NCBI GenBank assembly: GCA_963749495.1
Contig: CAVVMW010000023.1
Span: 480,001 to 544,000, forward strand
Direction of reading: 5' to 3'
Length of the DNA: 64,000 bases
Origin: an uncultured bacterium
GTDB lineage: Bacteria; Verrucomicrobiota; Verrucomicrobiia; Limisphaerales; UBA8199
The position numbers and the translations under genes were made by a program. Each line of letters starts with the position of its first letter. Position 1 is the first letter of the stretch. Under the pieces are notes generated by a model. The model ran no database searches and was not told where the DNA came from. It was given only the letters and a program-made list of their open reading frames with translations. Shown here in pieces: positions 48,121 to 57,666 of the stretch.

Positions 48121-49388
48121 GCCAGGGCGGTCGAGGCCTCAACACCCGCCGGGGCCGACCGCCAGGTGAAATCCATGACTGCGAATTGGGCGCCAGCAGT
48201 CAGGGCCACCCCAGACTTGAAAAAGTCCCCGTCCGCGACTTCGACTCTCCCTGCATCTGAAATCCAGTCCTGGAGCGTCTCGTTAATCTGGAGCCACAGC
48301 TCCAGCTTGTACTGGCCCGGCGCCAGGCTCAGGCGGGGGATGTCGCAGATCAGCCAACCGCCGGGACTGACAGGCGGCAGGCCCTTGCCCAGCAGTTTGC
48401 TGTCCAGGAGCACGACCCGTTGATCCAGGGCATCGAGGAAGCAGAGCGAAATCCTGGGGTTGTCGGCCCGTTGGGAATTGGACAGGCTCAGGCCGATGCG
48501 AGCCGGTTTTCCGCAGAGCAGACCCGCCAAAGGTGCGCCCTCGGGCGTGGTCATGCGGATTTCACGGACCTTGACCTCGCCAGCGCCTTTGCGGTCGGCG
48601 ATGGATTCGAGGTTCAAACCCTGCCTGCCTGCGGTGGCCTTGAGATAGCCCTGGACGACCGTCTCCGTGCTGCCGGCCAGGGCCACACGCCCCTGGCTCA
48701 GCAGCAGGGCCTTGGTGCAGAGATGCTGGATGGCAGCCATATTGTGGCTCACAAAGAGGATGGTCAGCCCGTGTTCCGCCACGTCGCGCATCCGGGCCAG
48801 GCATTTCCTTTGGAACAGGGCATCGCCCACCGCCAGCACCTCGTCCACGAACAGAATATCAGGCTCCAGGTGCGCCGCAACAGAAAACGCCAAGCGCAGG
48901 TACATCCCGCTCGAGTAGTGCTTGACCGGCATGTCGATGAATCTCTCGACCTCGGCAAAGGCGACGATTTCATCGAGCTTCGCCTCGATTTCGGCGCGGC
49001 GCATGCCCAGGATGGCCCCGTTGAGAAACACGTTTTCGCGGCCGGTCAACTCGGGATGGAAGCCGGTGCCGACCTCCAGCAGGCTCCCGACCCGGCCATG
49101 GATTTCGGCAAAGCCCTCGGTGGGCTCGGTAATGCGGGAAAGCACCTTGAGCAGCGTGCTCTTGCCGGCCCCGTTGCGCCCGATAATTCCGACAACCTCC
49201 CCGCGTTTGATCTCGAACGAGACTTCTTTCAACGCCCAGAAAGGCTCCCCGCCGCGCTCTTTGCCGCCCGCCGAAGGCACAAACAACCCTGCCACCGTGT
49301 CGCGGAAGGTCTTGTAAGCCGCGCGCTTTGCCCCGGCAATGCGAAAGCGCTTGCCCAGGCTCTCCGCTCGAATCGCGATGTCAGACAT
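48117..49388 (-). CDS. wzt: Polysaccharide ABC exporter ATPase with C-terminal carbohydrate-binding domain
   Basis: GRNGAGKSTLLK, YSSGMYLRLAF, VDEVLAVGD. Confidence 0.92.
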   Translation of the reverse strand: MSDIAIRAESLGKRFRIAGAKRAAYKTFRDTVAGLFVPSAGGKERGGEPFWALKEVSFEIKRGEVVGIIGRNGAGKSTLLKVLSRITEPTEGFAEIHGRVGSLLEVGTGFHPELTGRENVFLNGAILGMRRAEIEAKLDEIVAFAEVERFIDMPVKHYSSGMYLRLAFSVAAHLEPDILFVDEVLAVGDALFQRKCLARMRDVAEHGLTILFVSHNMAAIQHLCTKALLLSQGRVALAGSTETVVQGYLKATAGRQGLNLESIADRKGAGEVKVREIRMTTPEGAPLAGLLCGKPARIGLSLSNSQRADNPRISLCFLDALDQRVVLLDSKLLGKGLPPVSPGGWLICDIPRLSLAPGQYKLELWLQINETLQDWISDAGRVEVADGDFFKSGVALTAGAQFAVMDFTWRSAPAGVEASTALA

Positions 49389-50346
49389 CGCTTCGTTTGT
49401 CTGCGATGACGTCCTCGATCATCCGGTCCAGGGAGTGGCGGGGTTTCCACCCAATCAACGAGTGGATTTTCCGAATGGAAGGCACTCGACGCTGCATGTC
49501 CTCGAATCCCCCGCCATAGACCAGTTCGTAATCCATATTCCGGATGAGTGACTTGGAGCCGGTCTTCCTGACGACCAACTCGGCCAGGTCCCTGATCGAG
49601 ATCTCCTCGTCATTGCCCACATTGAAGACCTCCCCGGCGGCCCGCGGGCATTCCATGAGCCCCACCAGCGCCTCAACCACATCAGCGACGTGGCAAAAGC
49701 ACCGCCGTTGGGAGCCGTCCCCGTGGACGATTAACTCCCGTCCCTGAAGGGCGGCGGTGACGAAGCGCGGCAGGACCATGCCGTATTGGCCGCTCTGCCG
49801 GGGACCGACCGTGTTGAAAAGGCGCGCCACGACTACCGGCAGGCGTGATTCCTTCCAGTGTGCCAAGGCCAGGAACTCGTCGAGCGCCTTGGCCCCGGCA
49901 TAGGCCCAGCGGTGTTTGTGGGTCGGCCCCTCCAGCCGGTCGCCCTCTTCGCGAAATGGCACGTCCTCGGACTTGCCATAGACCTCGCTGGTGCTGGTAA
50001 TCAGGAACCGCTTTCGGTAGCGCGCCGCCGCGCCCAGCACCGCATCGGTCCCCTGGAAGATGCTCTGGATCGTTTGGACCGGCCGTTCCATGATCAGCTT
50101 GACGCCGACCGCGCTCGCGAGGTGAAAGATCTGGCCGCACTCGCGCGCCAGGGCCTCGACCAATTCCAGGCGCAGCACCGTGTCCTTGATGAAACGCAGC
50201 CGGGGTTCCTTTTCCAGGCCCACGATGTTCTCGTAGCGCCCGGTGCTCAAATCATCGAGGATGGTGACCTGCTGGCCCGCCGCGATCAGGCGTTCCGCCA
50301 GGTGCGACCCGATGAAACCAGCGCCGCCGGTGATTAGGGAGTGCAT
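49381..50346 (-). CDS. NAD-dependent epimerase/dehydratase
   Basis: ITGGAGFIGSHL, STSEVYG, YAGAK, RLFNTVGPRQ. Confidence 0.92.
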   Translation of the reverse strand: MHSLITGGAGFIGSHLAERLIAAGQQVTILDDLSTGRYENIVGLEKEPRLRFIKDTVLRLELVEALARECGQIFHLASAVGVKLIMERPVQTIQSIFQGTDAVLGAAARYRKRFLITSTSEVYGKSEDVPFREEGDRLEGPTHKHRWAYAGAKALDEFLALAHWKESRLPVVVARLFNTVGPRQSGQYGMVLPRFVTAALQGRELIVHGDGSQRRCFCHVADVVEALVGLMECPRAAGEVFNVGNDEEISIRDLAELVVRKTGSKSLIRNMDYELVYGGGFEDMQRRVPSIRKIHSLIGWKPRHSLDRMIEDVIADKRSDV

Positions 50347-50531
50347 GTCGGCGCAGCATGTATTCGGCCATCCGGATGGGGAACGGCGATTTCTCTCCAA
50401 GGTTTCATAAAGTGGTGGATGGTTGACGGTTGAGAGTTGAGGATTTGACTACGGATGGGCACGGATGGACACGGATGGGGGACCACCGGTGCCATGAGGT
50501 TTGAATTAGGAGTGCCATGAGTGGGAACGCA

Positions 50532-51049
50532 TCAGGGGATTGATTCGGCGGTCCAGGGGACATGGGCCATGTCTTGAATCTCGACAACGCGGGGGTGAGC
50601 GTCGATCGGTTTAACGAGTTGCTTGAGCTTTTGCTGCACCTCGGCGACATCGTAAGCTCTGGGAAAGAGCTTGGAGTGGGTCCTCCGTTGCTCCAGATGC
50701 AGGACTATGCGCAGTTTGGTGCATGTCAGCGACCGGTGGGCAAAGGCGTGGTCGTTGTGGCCTAGCTCGACATTGGCAGCGAAGAGGCCCGCAAGGGTGT
50801 CGCGCGCCTTGATTGCCACCTCGTCCCAAAGAGGGATTTTATCTTTCGGTCGGGGGCCGAACCGGTAGTCCTTCAACTCGACCATCCAGAGCGATCCGGA
50901 GCCGGGTCGAAGCCAAGAAAATCAACGCCCTTATTGCCGGTGCAGCAGTTCTGGAAGTGCTTACGATAAAACGCCCAATTGTCGTATTTTGTAACGAGCC
51001 AGGTATTTGGGAACTCGCAGGCGAGCTTGCCCTCGATGACTCTTTGCAC
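50532..51049 (-). CDS. Small PD-(D/E)xK-like protein, ATPase partner; frameshift near 50895
   Basis: Hand translation VQRVIEGKL..KYDNWAFYR..KGVDF joins LWMVELKDYR..DEVAIKARDTLAGL. Confidence 0.55.
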
Positions 51050-51063
51050 GGTGTGCGGCCTGG

Positions 51064-52159
51064 TTAACTTGCTGATTGCAGGTTGTCAGCAACGGGACCG
51101 GCGGCTTCAGACTCCGCCGCGAGGTAGCGGTCCGACTGGGCGAGATCTTCGTCGAGGGCACTAATATTGCCAACGTCGTCCATGGTGTCCCCGTGTTGGA
51201 CACTCACGCCGTCGGCTCCCAGGTGGAGTCCGAAGCATCGTGTGTCGAGCGTTTTGAAGTCTCGCTCACGGAGAATGTGTAATTCGCGCATCAAAAAGAG
51301 ACTATGGGTAGCTATGAAGACCTGAATGCCGCTGGCGGCAATCTGGAGAATCGTCCAAGCGATGGTCTTGATGATTCTGGGGTTGAGATTGGCGTCGGGC
51401 TCGTCCCAGAAGAGATAGCCTTTGTCGAGGAGCGAACCGGTGGCAATCAGCCTAGCAACCATGGCGAGTTTGCGCAGGCCTTCGGCAACCAAGTGCATTT
51501 CCATGTTGCCCGATGCGAGGTGGAGATAAAAGCGGCCTGACTTGTCCAGGTCAACGCTTCCGCCCATCGCCTCCTCAATGGGAACGAGGAGTTCTTTGAT
51601 GCGGTGTTCTCGTGGGCCTTTTGCCAAGGGCGCGCCCAGCAGGATGCAGGTGTCGCGCCAGGTCTCGGGGAACTGGAGGCTGCGTTGTTTCATAGAGGGA
51701 GACGAAGCCCGGGTAGATGCTGAGCAGCTCCCGTGTAGGAAGAAAGACCGGCAGTCTGTCAGCCCATGAACTGGGTGCTTTTGTGAGTTTTATGTTCGAC
51801 GTAGCCACTGTGGAGAACTGTAGCGACATATCGAGTTCTTTGGGTGCAAACGCGAAGGCGAGCTTGCAGGCTGTGTGGCCGCCCCCGAGACGTCGACGCG
51901 CAAGGCGACCAATGCCATCCGGACGAAAGACGTTGCGGAGCTTGTCTGCCAAAGATGTCTCCAGGAGTGCTTTGGTGGGGGGATTCATCGGTGAACTTAC
52001 GGCGCGTTGGGCGCTTGTCGCAATCGCGGCATAGGCAACGTTGAGAACGTGCGACTTGCCTGAGCCGTTCTCGCCGATGATGACGTTCAAATTCTTGCCG
52101 AACACGAGGTCGGCTTTGGGGAACACCGTGAAGTTTTCGATGTGCAACGACCTTAGCAT
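51064..52159 (-). CDS. AAA_15/AAA_21 (ABC-type) ATPase, frameshift near 51680
   Basis: [38 protein letters not shown]. Confidence 0.85.
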
Positions 52160-52315
52160 GGCGATGTGCAGTTAAAGGTTGATGTCTCGTATTCCTGCCG
52201 GAATCGCTCCAGCAGCGGCAGGTCCATCAGGTCTTTCTCGCGTCCGCTGGCGCGTTTGCTGGCGATGATGTCCTTCACGTACGGCTTGAGCCGGTTGAAA
52301 CTGTGGGCGGCTCAT
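52153..52315 (-). pseudogene. Internally deleted nucleotidyltransferase (MNT/AbiEii-like)
   Basis: MSRPQFQPAQA start abuts, out of frame, the C-terminal motif VKDIIASKRASGREKDLMDLPLL. Confidence 0.55.
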
Positions 52316-52581
52316 TTCGGGCGTTTGAAGCCGAGATAGGCCGGCAGATTCGCCTCGCACCACGCGCGATACTCCGCCATCGTGTCGAATGCCCGCCATG
52401 CGGCATCGTCCAAAACGGGTTTGTACATCCGGCAGAATCCGTACTTGATGCGCTGGACCATTGGCCGCTGCATCTGGCGCCGACACTGGTCGCGGAACTC
52501 GTCCCAGCCGCGACCTTCGGGGGCCTGAATCCCATCCAGGGCGCCGGCTAACGTCCCGTTCGGCGCTTCCCTTCTGGGCAT
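52312..52581 (-). CDS. Small hypothetical protein, probable TA partner
   Basis: YKPVLDDAAWRAFDTMAEYRAWCEANLPAYLGF; ATGA overlap with next gene. Confidence 0.55.
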   Translation of the reverse strand: MPRREAPNGTLAGALDGIQAPEGRGWDEFRDQCRRQMQRPMVQRIKYGFCRMYKPVLDDAAWRAFDTMAEYRAWCEANLPAYLGFKRPK

Positions 52582-52675
52582 CGGACTTGCATTTCGTTCG
52601 CTCACTGTGAAAAAAATAGCGCCGGCTTTCGACCAATTCAACTCCCTTGACTGCGAATTTGCAGTTGGTGCTTGC

Positions 52676-53545
52676 CTACACAACGTCCGCAAAATTCCGT
52701 TCCATCCGGCGGAAGTAAAACGCGCCGGTGACCAGGACCAGGATGGCCGAAAGGGCCGAAATCAGGACCATCGGGCCCGGGCGCGTGGCTGTGCCCAGCA
52801 AGGCCCAGCGGAAGCCCTCGACCACACCGGCCAGAGGATTCAGGCCGTAGAGGCTCTGGGCCAGGGGATGCGACTTGAGGCAACTGCTCGAGTAAACGAT
52901 GGGCGTGGCGAACATCCAGAATTGGGTCAGGAACGGGATGGCATAGCGGATGTCGCGGTACTCGACATTGAGGGCCGAAAGCCAAAGGCCCACGCCGAGG
53001 CTGGTCACAAAGGTGAGCAGCAGGAACAACGGCAGCCAGATGATGTTCGCCGTGGGCCAGACATGGAAGAAGGGCATCATCACCAGCAGCACGGCGAAGG
53101 AGATGCAGAAATCCACGATGCCGGAGAGCACGCTCGCAATCGGAATGATCAGGCGGGGGAAATAGACTTTCTTGAGCAGGTTCTGGCTGCCCACCAGGCT
53201 GCTGGAAGATTGGGCCAGTCCGTAGGCAAAGAACGTCCAGGGCACCAGCCCGGCCAGGCTGGCAATCGCGTAGGGACGATCATCCAAACGCCCCTTGCCC
53301 AGGTTGCCGAAAAAGATCGTGAACACCACCATCATCAGGAGCGGCTGGAGCACGGCCCAGGCGATGCCCAGGGCAGTCTGTTTGTAGCGGACCTTGATGT
53401 CGCGCCAGGTCAGAAAGTAGAGCAGTTCGCGGTATTCCCAGAGTTCGTCAAGCCTGAGCGGGACCCAGCCCCGGGAAGGTTGGATGCGAATGAGGGGAAG
53501 GTCCACGGTCAGACCCGGATGGTTGGCGTCTTGCGGTTTGTTCAC
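52676..53545 (-). CDS. wzm: Polysaccharide ABC exporter permease
   Basis: ELWEYRELLYFLTWRDIKVRYKQTALG, KVYFPR, LNPLAG. Confidence 0.93.
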   Translation of the reverse strand: MNKPQDANHPGLTVDLPLIRIQPSRGWVPLRLDELWEYRELLYFLTWRDIKVRYKQTALGIAWAVLQPLLMMVVFTIFFGNLGKGRLDDRPYAIASLAGLVPWTFFAYGLAQSSSSLVGSQNLLKKVYFPRLIIPIASVLSGIVDFCISFAVLLVMMPFFHVWPTANIIWLPLFLLLTFVTSLGVGLWLSALNVEYRDIRYAIPFLTQFWMFATPIVYSSSCLKSHPLAQSLYGLNPLAGVVEGFRWALLGTATRPGPMVLISALSAILVLVTGAFYFRRMERNFADVV

Positions 53546-55278
53546 ACCGACCCTCCCAGCACCAATCCCAGCGAAATCCATTGCCAGACGTAGAAGCTGT
53601 TGTCGCCTTCCCCCGAGCAGTACCGTTGCCATTCGGCGCGGACGGCCTCCGCTTGCAGCCAGTCCCGGCCAGGACCGGCCAGGGCGGACTCGATGCAGTC
53701 GCCGGCCCATGGCCGCAAGGGGCCCCGGAGCCACTCCCGCTGGGGCGTCTGGATCGGGCGCTTGGGCGCCTGGCGCAGTTCGGGGGGCAGGATGCCGGCG
53801 GCTATCTGCCGTGGCAGGCGCTTGCCCTGGCCGTCGCGCCACTTGCGCTCGGCGGGCTGGCGCAGACCCAACTCGACGATGCGGTGGTCCAGGAAGGGTT
53901 CTCGCAGTTCGCGCGCGCACATCATCGAGACCCGATCGGCAAAACGCATGGCCCGGGGCAGTTTGGCGAACCGGATGTCCCGGTACTGCAGGGCCAGCAA
54001 CGGGTCGGGTGTGGCGCAACGCAACTCCAGTTTCGGCGCCAGGGCGGCGAAGCCGGGCGCCAGGCAGCCTGGGCGAGTGGCCGCGGTTTTGGAACCTTGC
54101 ACGGGGGCCCTGCTGGCATCCAGGCTGGCGGCACGCCCGTAGTATTCATAGCCGGCCCAGGCCTCGTCCAGGCCGTTGCCATCCAACAGGACAACCACTC
54201 CTTCAGCCCGGGCGCGTTGGTGGACCTTGGCCATGCCGAGGGTCGGCAGGCCGCCATACGGTTCGTCCTGGAAGGACTGCACGCGGGCGGCCAGAGCGGG
54301 GACCTCCTCCGCTGTGAGCCGGCAGAACAGGGCCTGGTGCCGCGTGCGAGCCACCAGCCTCTCCACCCAAGGCACCTCGTCGTAAGCGGGGTCTCCACAA
54401 TAAAAGGTGAACGATTTCAGGGCGTAATCGGGCGCCTGAACACGATTGATCAAACCCAGCAGCAGCGATGAATCCAGGCCGCCCGACAGACAGACCCCAA
54501 CCGGCACGTCGGAGCGAAAGCGCAGCTTGACGCTCTCCTCCATGAGCGCCAGCAATTCCTCGGCCACCGCCGGCTCCGGGCGGGTGTCCGGTCCGGCCTC
54601 CACCGCCCGCTCTGCAGGGTCGTACCACCGTTGCTCGATGAACCCCTCCGCCGGCGACCAGGTGAACGAGCCGCCGGGGCGGATGCATCGAATATCCGCC
54701 CAGAAGGTCGCCTCGCCATGCTCGTGCATCCCCGAACCGAGGTAAGCCGACCAGGTCCGCGGCTCGGGCAGGCGCGGCAGTCCCGCCGCGTGCAGGGCCT
54801 TGATCTCGCTGGCAACCCACAGGCCCCCCCCGGCTCTCAGGTTGTAGTACATCGGCTTGACACCGAAGCGATCGCGCGCGCCGAAGAGCCGTTGTTCCTC
54901 CTCGTCCCAAACCAGGAAGGCGAACATGCCGATGAACTTGTGCAGGCACAGGGGGCCCCATTTCAAATAGGCCGCCAGCAGCACTTCGGTGTCGGTGCGC
55001 GTCCGGAACGTGTAGCCGGCTTCCAACTCCGCTCGCAACTCCAGGTAATTGTAGATCTCGCCATTAAAGGCTATCCAGTGCCGGCCACGGGGATCGGACA
55101 TCGGCTGGCGCCCGGCCTCGGATAGATCGATGATGCTCAGCCGGTTGTGCCCAAGGCCCGCCATGGCCGAGACAAACAGGCCCTCCGCGTCCGGTCCGCG
55201 GTGCCGCTGGCTGCCGACCATCGCCTCCAGTTCCGCCCGAGACCAGCCTGGGCCAAACGCTCCGGAGATGCCACACAT
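53542..55278 (-). CDS. asnB: Asparagine synthase-like glutamine amidotransferase (probably glycan amidation)
   Basis: MCGI, HRGPD, NGEIYNY, LSGGLDSS. Confidence 0.93.
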   Translation of the reverse strand: MCGISGAFGPGWSRAELEAMVGSQRHRGPDAEGLFVSAMAGLGHNRLSIIDLSEAGRQPMSDPRGRHWIAFNGEIYNYLELRAELEAGYTFRTRTDTEVLLAAYLKWGPLCLHKFIGMFAFLVWDEEEQRLFGARDRFGVKPMYYNLRAGGGLWVASEIKALHAAGLPRLPEPRTWSAYLGSGMHEHGEATFWADIRCIRPGGSFTWSPAEGFIEQRWYDPAERAVEAGPDTRPEPAVAEELLALMEESVKLRFRSDVPVGVCLSGGLDSSLLLGLINRVQAPDYALKSFTFYCGDPAYDEVPWVERLVARTRHQALFCRLTAEEVPALAARVQSFQDEPYGGLPTLGMAKVHQRARAEGVVVLLDGNGLDEAWAGYEYYGRAASLDASRAPVQGSKTAATRPGCLAPGFAALAPKLELRCATPDPLLALQYRDIRFAKLPRAMRFADRVSMMCARELREPFLDHRIVELGLRQPAERKWRDGQGKRLPRQIAAGILPPELRQAPKRPIQTPQREWLRGPLRPWAGDCIESALAGPGRDWLQAEAVRAEWQRYCSGEGDNSFYVWQWISLGLVLGGSV

Positions 55279-55287
55279 GGGCAACGC

Positions 55288-55403
55288 TAAGTCGAACCAC
55301 CCAACATTGACACAAACTTCTAAGCCTTTGTCGCGGCCTTTGTCGCAGCCTTTGTCGAGAAATGGCGCATTCGACAAAGGCCGCGACAAAGGTTGCGACA
55401 AAG
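55288..55403. repeat. CTTTGTCG/CGACAAAG element with one MITE end
   Basis: TAAGTCGAACCACCCAACATTGACACA followed by shared core. Confidence 0.8.
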
Positions 55404-55456
55404 TTTTGCTGTCGCCGGATTATTGTCCCCGTTGTCTGTTGGCCGGCGGCAGGGCA

Positions 55457-56185
55457 TCATGCCGGAGCCGTCCGCCTCCCCAGCAACTCCTCGGCGTGTC
55501 TCCAATCCTCCAGCGTATCCAGATTGACCGAGCCTGATGGGTCAATCAGCAAGCCGGCCAGCCTGGAGCCGTAAAGGCTGTTGCGCTGCACCAACACGTC
55601 GCGGCGCGTCACATAAACCGAGCCCTCCCGGCGAAAGGCCTCAGGAAGGTCCTGCCGGCGGGGGATCGGGTCCGGCTCCCCGGTGCTCAGCCCGAAAAAG
55701 CCGTCTTCGCCCCGGAAGTAAACCCAGTGAGGATTGTATTGAGGGGGGACCGGCACGAGCGTCACCACGCTGTCCGCCTTCGCCTGGAAGAGCAAATCAA
55801 TGCAGGCGTCGATGTCCTCGGAGCGCCGGAACGGGCAGGTGGGCTGGAGGAGGCAGATGGCGTCGAAGCGCTGCCCGGCAGCCTCGATCGCCCTCACGGC
55901 GTGCTGCAGTACCGGCAAGGCCGGTGTGTCATCGCCCGCCAGTTCCGCCGGGCGCAGGAACGGCACGTCCAGGCCGCAACGGCGGCCCACCTCGGCAATC
56001 TCGGCGTCTTCGGTGCTCAGCACCACGCGGGTGAGCCGCCTGGCCGCCAGGGCCGATTCGGCGGTGTACTGCAGCAGCGGTTTTCCCGCCAGCAACCGGA
56101 TGTTCTTGCGCGGAATGCCCTTCGATCCGCCGCGGGCTGTGATGAGGCCAAGAACTTTGAGGCGGCCCGCCACGTACCTCGTCAC
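55457..56185 (-). CDS. neuA: Acylneuraminate cytidylyltransferase
   Basis: ARGGSKGIPRKN, VLSTED, LLQPTCPFR. Confidence 0.92.
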   Translation of the reverse strand: MTRYVAGRLKVLGLITARGGSKGIPRKNIRLLAGKPLLQYTAESALAARRLTRVVLSTEDAEIAEVGRRCGLDVPFLRPAELAGDDTPALPVLQHAVRAIEAAGQRFDAICLLQPTCPFRRSEDIDACIDLLFQAKADSVVTLVPVPPQYNPHWVYFRGEDGFFGLSTGEPDPIPRRQDLPEAFRREGSVYVTRRDVLVQRNSLYGSRLAGLLIDPSGSVNLDTLEDWRHAEELLGRRTAPA

Positions 56186-56232
56186 ATCCGACGGCCTCCG
56201 ATAAGGGATTCATTTTGGATTCGCCCGGTGCC

Positions 56233-56433
56233 TCACAAGTCCGTGCAACGGCCTTCGCTCAGGTCGCGCACGGCCTCATCCCCCAGGGCATCAAGGCGGC
56301 CGGCGGCGACGTCCGCTTCGAACTGCCGGTCCCAGGCCCCGGCGTCAAAATCTGCGAACCAATCCCGAAACGCCGAGAGGTCTTCGCGTGAAAGCCGGGC
56401 AACTGCGGACTCGATTTCTCTGACCGAACTCAT
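56233..56433 (-). CDS. Small antitoxin-like protein followed by an 8-codon toxin stub
   Basis: WDRQFEADVAAGRLDAL; overlapping GTG start at 56236 gives MRHRANPK*. Confidence 0.65.
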   Translation of the reverse strand: MSSVREIESAVARLSREDLSAFRDWFADFDAGAWDRQFEADVAAGRLDALGDEAVRDLSEGRCTDL

Positions 56434-56469
56434 GTCTCAACCGGAATCTGCCAGTATTCGATGAATTGT

Positions 56470-57666
56470 TCAACCGTTTCTCTCATCCACGAAATGGAGA
56501 CGTTTCTGGATATAGGGATCCAATCCCGCCAGGGCCTTGGCGATGTGCTCGGAGACCTGGCCGTTCCCATAGAGCCCGCTGGGAGGGTAGCGGCCATGAG
56601 CGAGTTGGAGCCGCATGGTCTTGAGGATGTCGTCCCGGGCAGGCCGCGCCCGGGTGACGTGGTCGCCGGTCTCGCGGCCGTTCTGGCGGTCGCCGACCAG
56701 CACGACGGGGGTCCCGAAATAGCCGGCGTCGCGCACGAAGCTCGAGGAGTTGCCCACGGCGCAGGCGGAGTTGGCCAGGACCTTGAGATAATCCTCGGGG
56801 GCCAGGTTGATGAGGGTGCGCAGCCAGGAGGGCTTGACCCGGTCGCGGAAGGAGCGGATGGCCTTGCTGACATGATCGGCGCCAGCGTCGATATTGGGCC
56901 AGAGCAGGACGGTTTGCTCGCGAAGGACGCCCAAGGCCTCCAGGAGGGCATCCATCTGGGCGCGCTCGCCGCCGAATTCGGTGGTGGTGGGATGGAAGAT
57001 GACCAGCAAGAAAGGGCGGTGGGGGTTGATAATGGCGCCGCTGCCCTGGCTGTGGAGCAGTTCGGGAGCCAGCGCGCGATCCAGGCTCCGGGCGATGTCG
57101 CTGGAGGGGCAGCCAACGCCCAGGATCGAGTCGGGCCTCTCGCCCATCCGCAACAGGTAGTCGGCCGAGCGCCGGGTGCTGGGGAAATGGAAGTGGGCGA
57201 ATTTGCTGATGGCGTGGCGGGCGCTCTCATCGATGGAACCGGAGACCTCGCCACCCTGGATATGAGCGATGCAGATGTTCATATAGGCGGCGGCGATTGC
57301 GGCCGCCAGGGCCTCGTAACGATCCCCGATGAGCAGGACCACGTCCGGCCTGAGCCGCTGAAACTCACCGGCGAACTCGACAATGCCGAAGCCGACGGAC
57401 TTGGCCATGGTAGCGGGAGTGGACCCTTCCAGTTCGAGGTAGATCTCGCTGTCCACACGGAACCCGTCCCGGCGAACGAGCTGGACGGGCTGGCCGAAGC
57501 GCTCCAGGACCATGGTGCCTGCGGCCACGACCTGGAGCTGCAGGGCCGGGTGGGCGGCCAGAGCGGCCATGACCGGCTTGAGCCGGCCGTAATTCGCCCG
57601 GTCCACCAGGACGACGCAGATTTTTCTTCGCGGGCCGCGGCCCGGGTTTTGGTTGGAGTTATTCAA
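56470..57666 (-). CDS. neuC: UDP-GlcNAc 2-epimerase, hydrolysing
   Basis: RANYG, IGDRYE, HIQGGEVSGSIDE, GNSSS. Confidence 0.92.
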   Translation of the reverse strand: MNNSNQNPGRGPRRKICVVLVDRANYGRLKPVMAALAAHPALQLQVVAAGTMVLERFGQPVQLVRRDGFRVDSEIYLELEGSTPATMAKSVGFGIVEFAGEFQRLRPDVVLLIGDRYEALAAAIAAAYMNICIAHIQGGEVSGSIDESARHAISKFAHFHFPSTRRSADYLLRMGERPDSILGVGCPSSDIARSLDRALAPELLHSQGSGAIINPHRPFLLVIFHPTTTEFGGERAQMDALLEALGVLREQTVLLWPNIDAGADHVSKAIRSFRDRVKPSWLRTLINLAPEDYLKVLANSACAVGNSSSFVRDAGYFGTPVVLVGDRQNGRETGDHVTRARPARDDILKTMRLQLAHGRYPPSGLYGNGQVSEHIAKALAGLDPYIQKRLHFVDERNG

